Below, in pieces: positions 61,355 to 64,000 of a DNA stretch of 64,000 nucleotides. Location: NCBI GenBank assembly GCA_963663965.2, contig CAXXFK010000024.1, positions 82,959 through 146,958 of the forward strand, written 5' to 3'. The stretch comes from Sedimentisphaerales bacterium (GTDB lineage Bacteria > Planctomycetota > Phycisphaerae > Sedimentisphaerales > SM23-30). The notes beneath the pieces were generated by a model that was not told the origin of the DNA, did not search any database, and was given only the letters and a program-made list of their open reading frames with translations. The stretch's first letter is position 1, and each line of letters opens with the position of its first letter. A program made the translations under genes and the position numbers.

Positions 61355-63998
61355 TTATGAATTATCCGGTTTAATCCCATATACCGTCATCGACTTGTCG
61401 ACTGGTTTTTTATTGGGAACGATGCAACTGTACAGATATCCGCTTATGAAACAAACCCATATACCGATGACGGTATACAAGAGGAAGTGGATCGGAGTAT
61501 ATCTCTGAACAAAAAAGAGGACTGTTGCCCCCGTAATCGCTCCCAGAATGGCGCCAGTCCCGTTTGCTCTTAAGGTAAAAATTCCCAGACAGAACAGACC
61601 GCACATGGGACCTCCTAATAAACCCAGTATTGCCATAAACTGGTCCCAAAGCGACTTAATGTCGGATGCGGCAAACAAGATGGATAGAATAACGCCCATC
61701 AGGCCAAAAAACAGGGTCATGATACGAGCCAGCGTCAAGCGTGTTTTATCAGGCATTCTCGGTAAGGATAGCAAAACGAAATCAGCCATAAATGCGGTTG
61801 AAGTACTGTTCATACTGGTTGAGATCGTAGACTGAGCGGCTGCAAAAATACCTGCTACGACCAATCCAGAGATTCCCGCAGGAAGTTCATTCGCTATAAA
61901 TAAGGGGAAAACGGCATCCGTTTTATGGAAAGGATTCAAACTTGCCGGGAAATGACGATAGAAAACAAACAAAGCGGTGCCTACGCCAAAAAATAAAATG
62001 CTGGCCGGAACAACCGTTATGGCATTGGTCCAGACAACGCGACGGGCTTTTTTTTCATCGGCAACCGACATATAACGCTGTACTACCGACATGTCCGAGG
62101 CATAGGGTACTAAAACCTGCCCCAATCCCCCTAAAAACAACCACCCAGAGCGCACTGGTCATAAAACTGTTGGCAGACCAATCCCATTCCATTAATTTCA
62201 ACTTATGGTTAGTCAGCGCTGTCGTTATGGTTTCAGAAAATCCACCTTCTATTCGTGATACAATCAAACCCAGACTTAACAAGGCGCCGCCCAGAAGAAT
62301 AAAAGTCTGGATCGTGTCCGTCCAGACAACGGCACGCAAACCTCCCATGGTGCAATAAATAATACTCAATACCCCCATGATCAAGATACATTGTATTTCG
62401 CTCAGTGGCAGTATGGTTGCCAACGCCAGCGCTGGCAGATAGAGTACGATCGCCATGCGGCCAATTTGAAACAATAGAAAAGAGGCGCTGGCAAACAACC
62501 GGCAAGGACGATTAAATCTTTTTTCAAGATACTCGTAAGCGCTTACCGCATCGATCCGACGGAAAAATGGCAAAAAGTATAATACAATCACCGGTGCAAT
62601 GACTACCGCCATCATATTCGCAATAAAAAATACCCAATCGGTCGCATAGGCCTTGGCCGGGATTGCCAGAAACGTGATTGAACTCAACATAGTGGCAAAC
62701 ACGCTCATGCCGGCCACAAACCAGTGTACGGTTTGTCCGCCCCGAAAGTAATCATCAGCCTTGCGGTTACGCAAGGAGAAAAAATATCCGATTCCAATGA
62801 CGATTACCAGGTATACGATTAAGCAGCCGATATCCAGATTTGTAAAATTTCCCGCTGCCAGTTCAGGCGTCATTTTCCAGACTTGAGGCGTTCTTTTCCT
62901 GGGGCGTATCTCTCCAGTAGGGATGATGATTTCATCGATACCGCCAACCGTGTGCTTGAGGGCAACTGTCGTAACCTGATTCATCGGCAACTCGCCGGCC
63001 TGAAACCACTGATCGGTAATGGTGTTATATGCCAGCATCGAACGGGGGAATCCAGGATGATTATCCTTGAGTTGGTCGGATTGATGAAATAAACTGCCAT
63101 CCGCTCCACCCAGGACCAGAAGATGGCTCTGTCCGGCAGCTACAACAGTTCCAGCCATAACACAGCGCGGCACATCTTTTCGACAACGCCAGGGATTGAT
63201 CTTATCGTTCTTTTGTTGCGATCGTAACGCAAATTGACTGGGTGAAAATTCATAGACATCGGTCAGAAACGTAACCGATTGAGTCTCTGCAGATTCATCC
63301 TGAACACATCTGCCGCTGATCAAATAGATGCAATCTTCGCGACCGTTATGTTGAACTGCCGCAAGATGGAACGCCCGGGCCGGGCCGGGCCAGGAAGGCA
63401 ATTCCTGCCAACTGGGGCGATTCCCGACATTAAAATCAGATAAATCCAGGGACCAGAAATTCGTCATGGCAGAAGCCAGATCCAGTCCTTCCGTACCCCC
63501 TGCCAGATATATTTTGTTATCCAGGTAAACCGCAGCTGAATAGGAACAGGGCCTGGGAAGCTTCGGCAGTTGATCGAACTCCATGTTTTGAGCCTCGCTG
63601 TTCCATCTCATGATAAAGACATCATCCATCACCCGCTGGCCATCATTCCCACCCAGGCACACGACCCCCCACGGCGTAGACACAGAAGCGCCATAAGCGA
63701 CCGGATCAGGAAGCGTGCCGGCTGACTCCCATTGCGAAGATGGCTCATTCAGATTTAAAATGTAAATGTCATCATGCCATGTTTTTTCTGATTCCCAGAT
63801 GGGTTCAGGGAAATTAGCTCCTCCGGCTACGATCAATATTTCCTGATAAATACCGGCAAATGGACCGGCAACCCCTGACTGCTCCGGGATATCCGGCAAC
63901 CTTGACCATTGGGACAAAGGTTCACTACCAGCTTTCAAAGCACATACACAACCAAGCAACAGCCCGATCATCCATGGAAAGAAATGTTTTTTTCTCAT
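61355..63998 (-). pseudogene. Kelch/NanM-like beta-propeller fused to a sodium:solute symporter (sialic acid SiaT-like), split by a 1-nt frameshift near 62135
   Basis: Signal peptide; VAGGANFP, LGG and AGG blades; GEIRP..RTP; SSS motifs DYFRGG, SSITFL, YEYLEKRF, VVWTD, DMSVVQRY and AAAQST. Removing one base from the A5 run at 62133-62137 gives LWVVVLGGLGQ. Confidence 0.8.
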
Positions 63999-64000
63999 TG

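Overview
Gene-dense bacterial chromosome segment with no transposase, integrase, CRISPR array, rRNA or tRNA that I can recognise. The host is probably an anaerobic or microaerotolerant planctomycete (Phycisphaerae-like). That is an inference from the GEVED protein with a dockerin-like tail, the Xis-like HTH-receiver regulator, the LolA-like protein and the NatB-CPBP fusion; it is not a database result. Main blocks, left to right: sdaA end, a candidate structured sRNA or small ORF, STAS protein, SDR remnant, rlmN, oxidoreductase and ahcY; an HTH-REC / HDOD-kinase / REC-GAF signalling triad; trehalose synthase-phosphatase plus GH15 hydrolase; a complete Mo-nitrogenase cluster nifH-I1-I2-D-K-E-N-B-fdx-nifV behind a sigma54-like promoter, directly downstream of cydAB and a MEDS/kinase pair; natAB-CPBP and rsgA; leuACDB with an unannotated Leu/Ile-rich leader peptide; a solo dnaK with a consensus sigma54 promoter; rsmE; a 4x GEVED exported protein; a 7-gene operon queC-queE-aminotransferase IV-DUF34-PPIase-rnfC-like-rnfD-like with a divergent queF; hemC-cobA/hemD-ahbD; and a frameshifted Kelch/mutarotase-sodium:solute symporter fusion. 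The best leads are the degenerate RnfC/RnfD-only module, the nif+cydAB block, the phased 9-bp repeat operators, the leu attenuator and two candidate sRNAs. All calls come from reading motifs by eye; no searches or folding programs were run.
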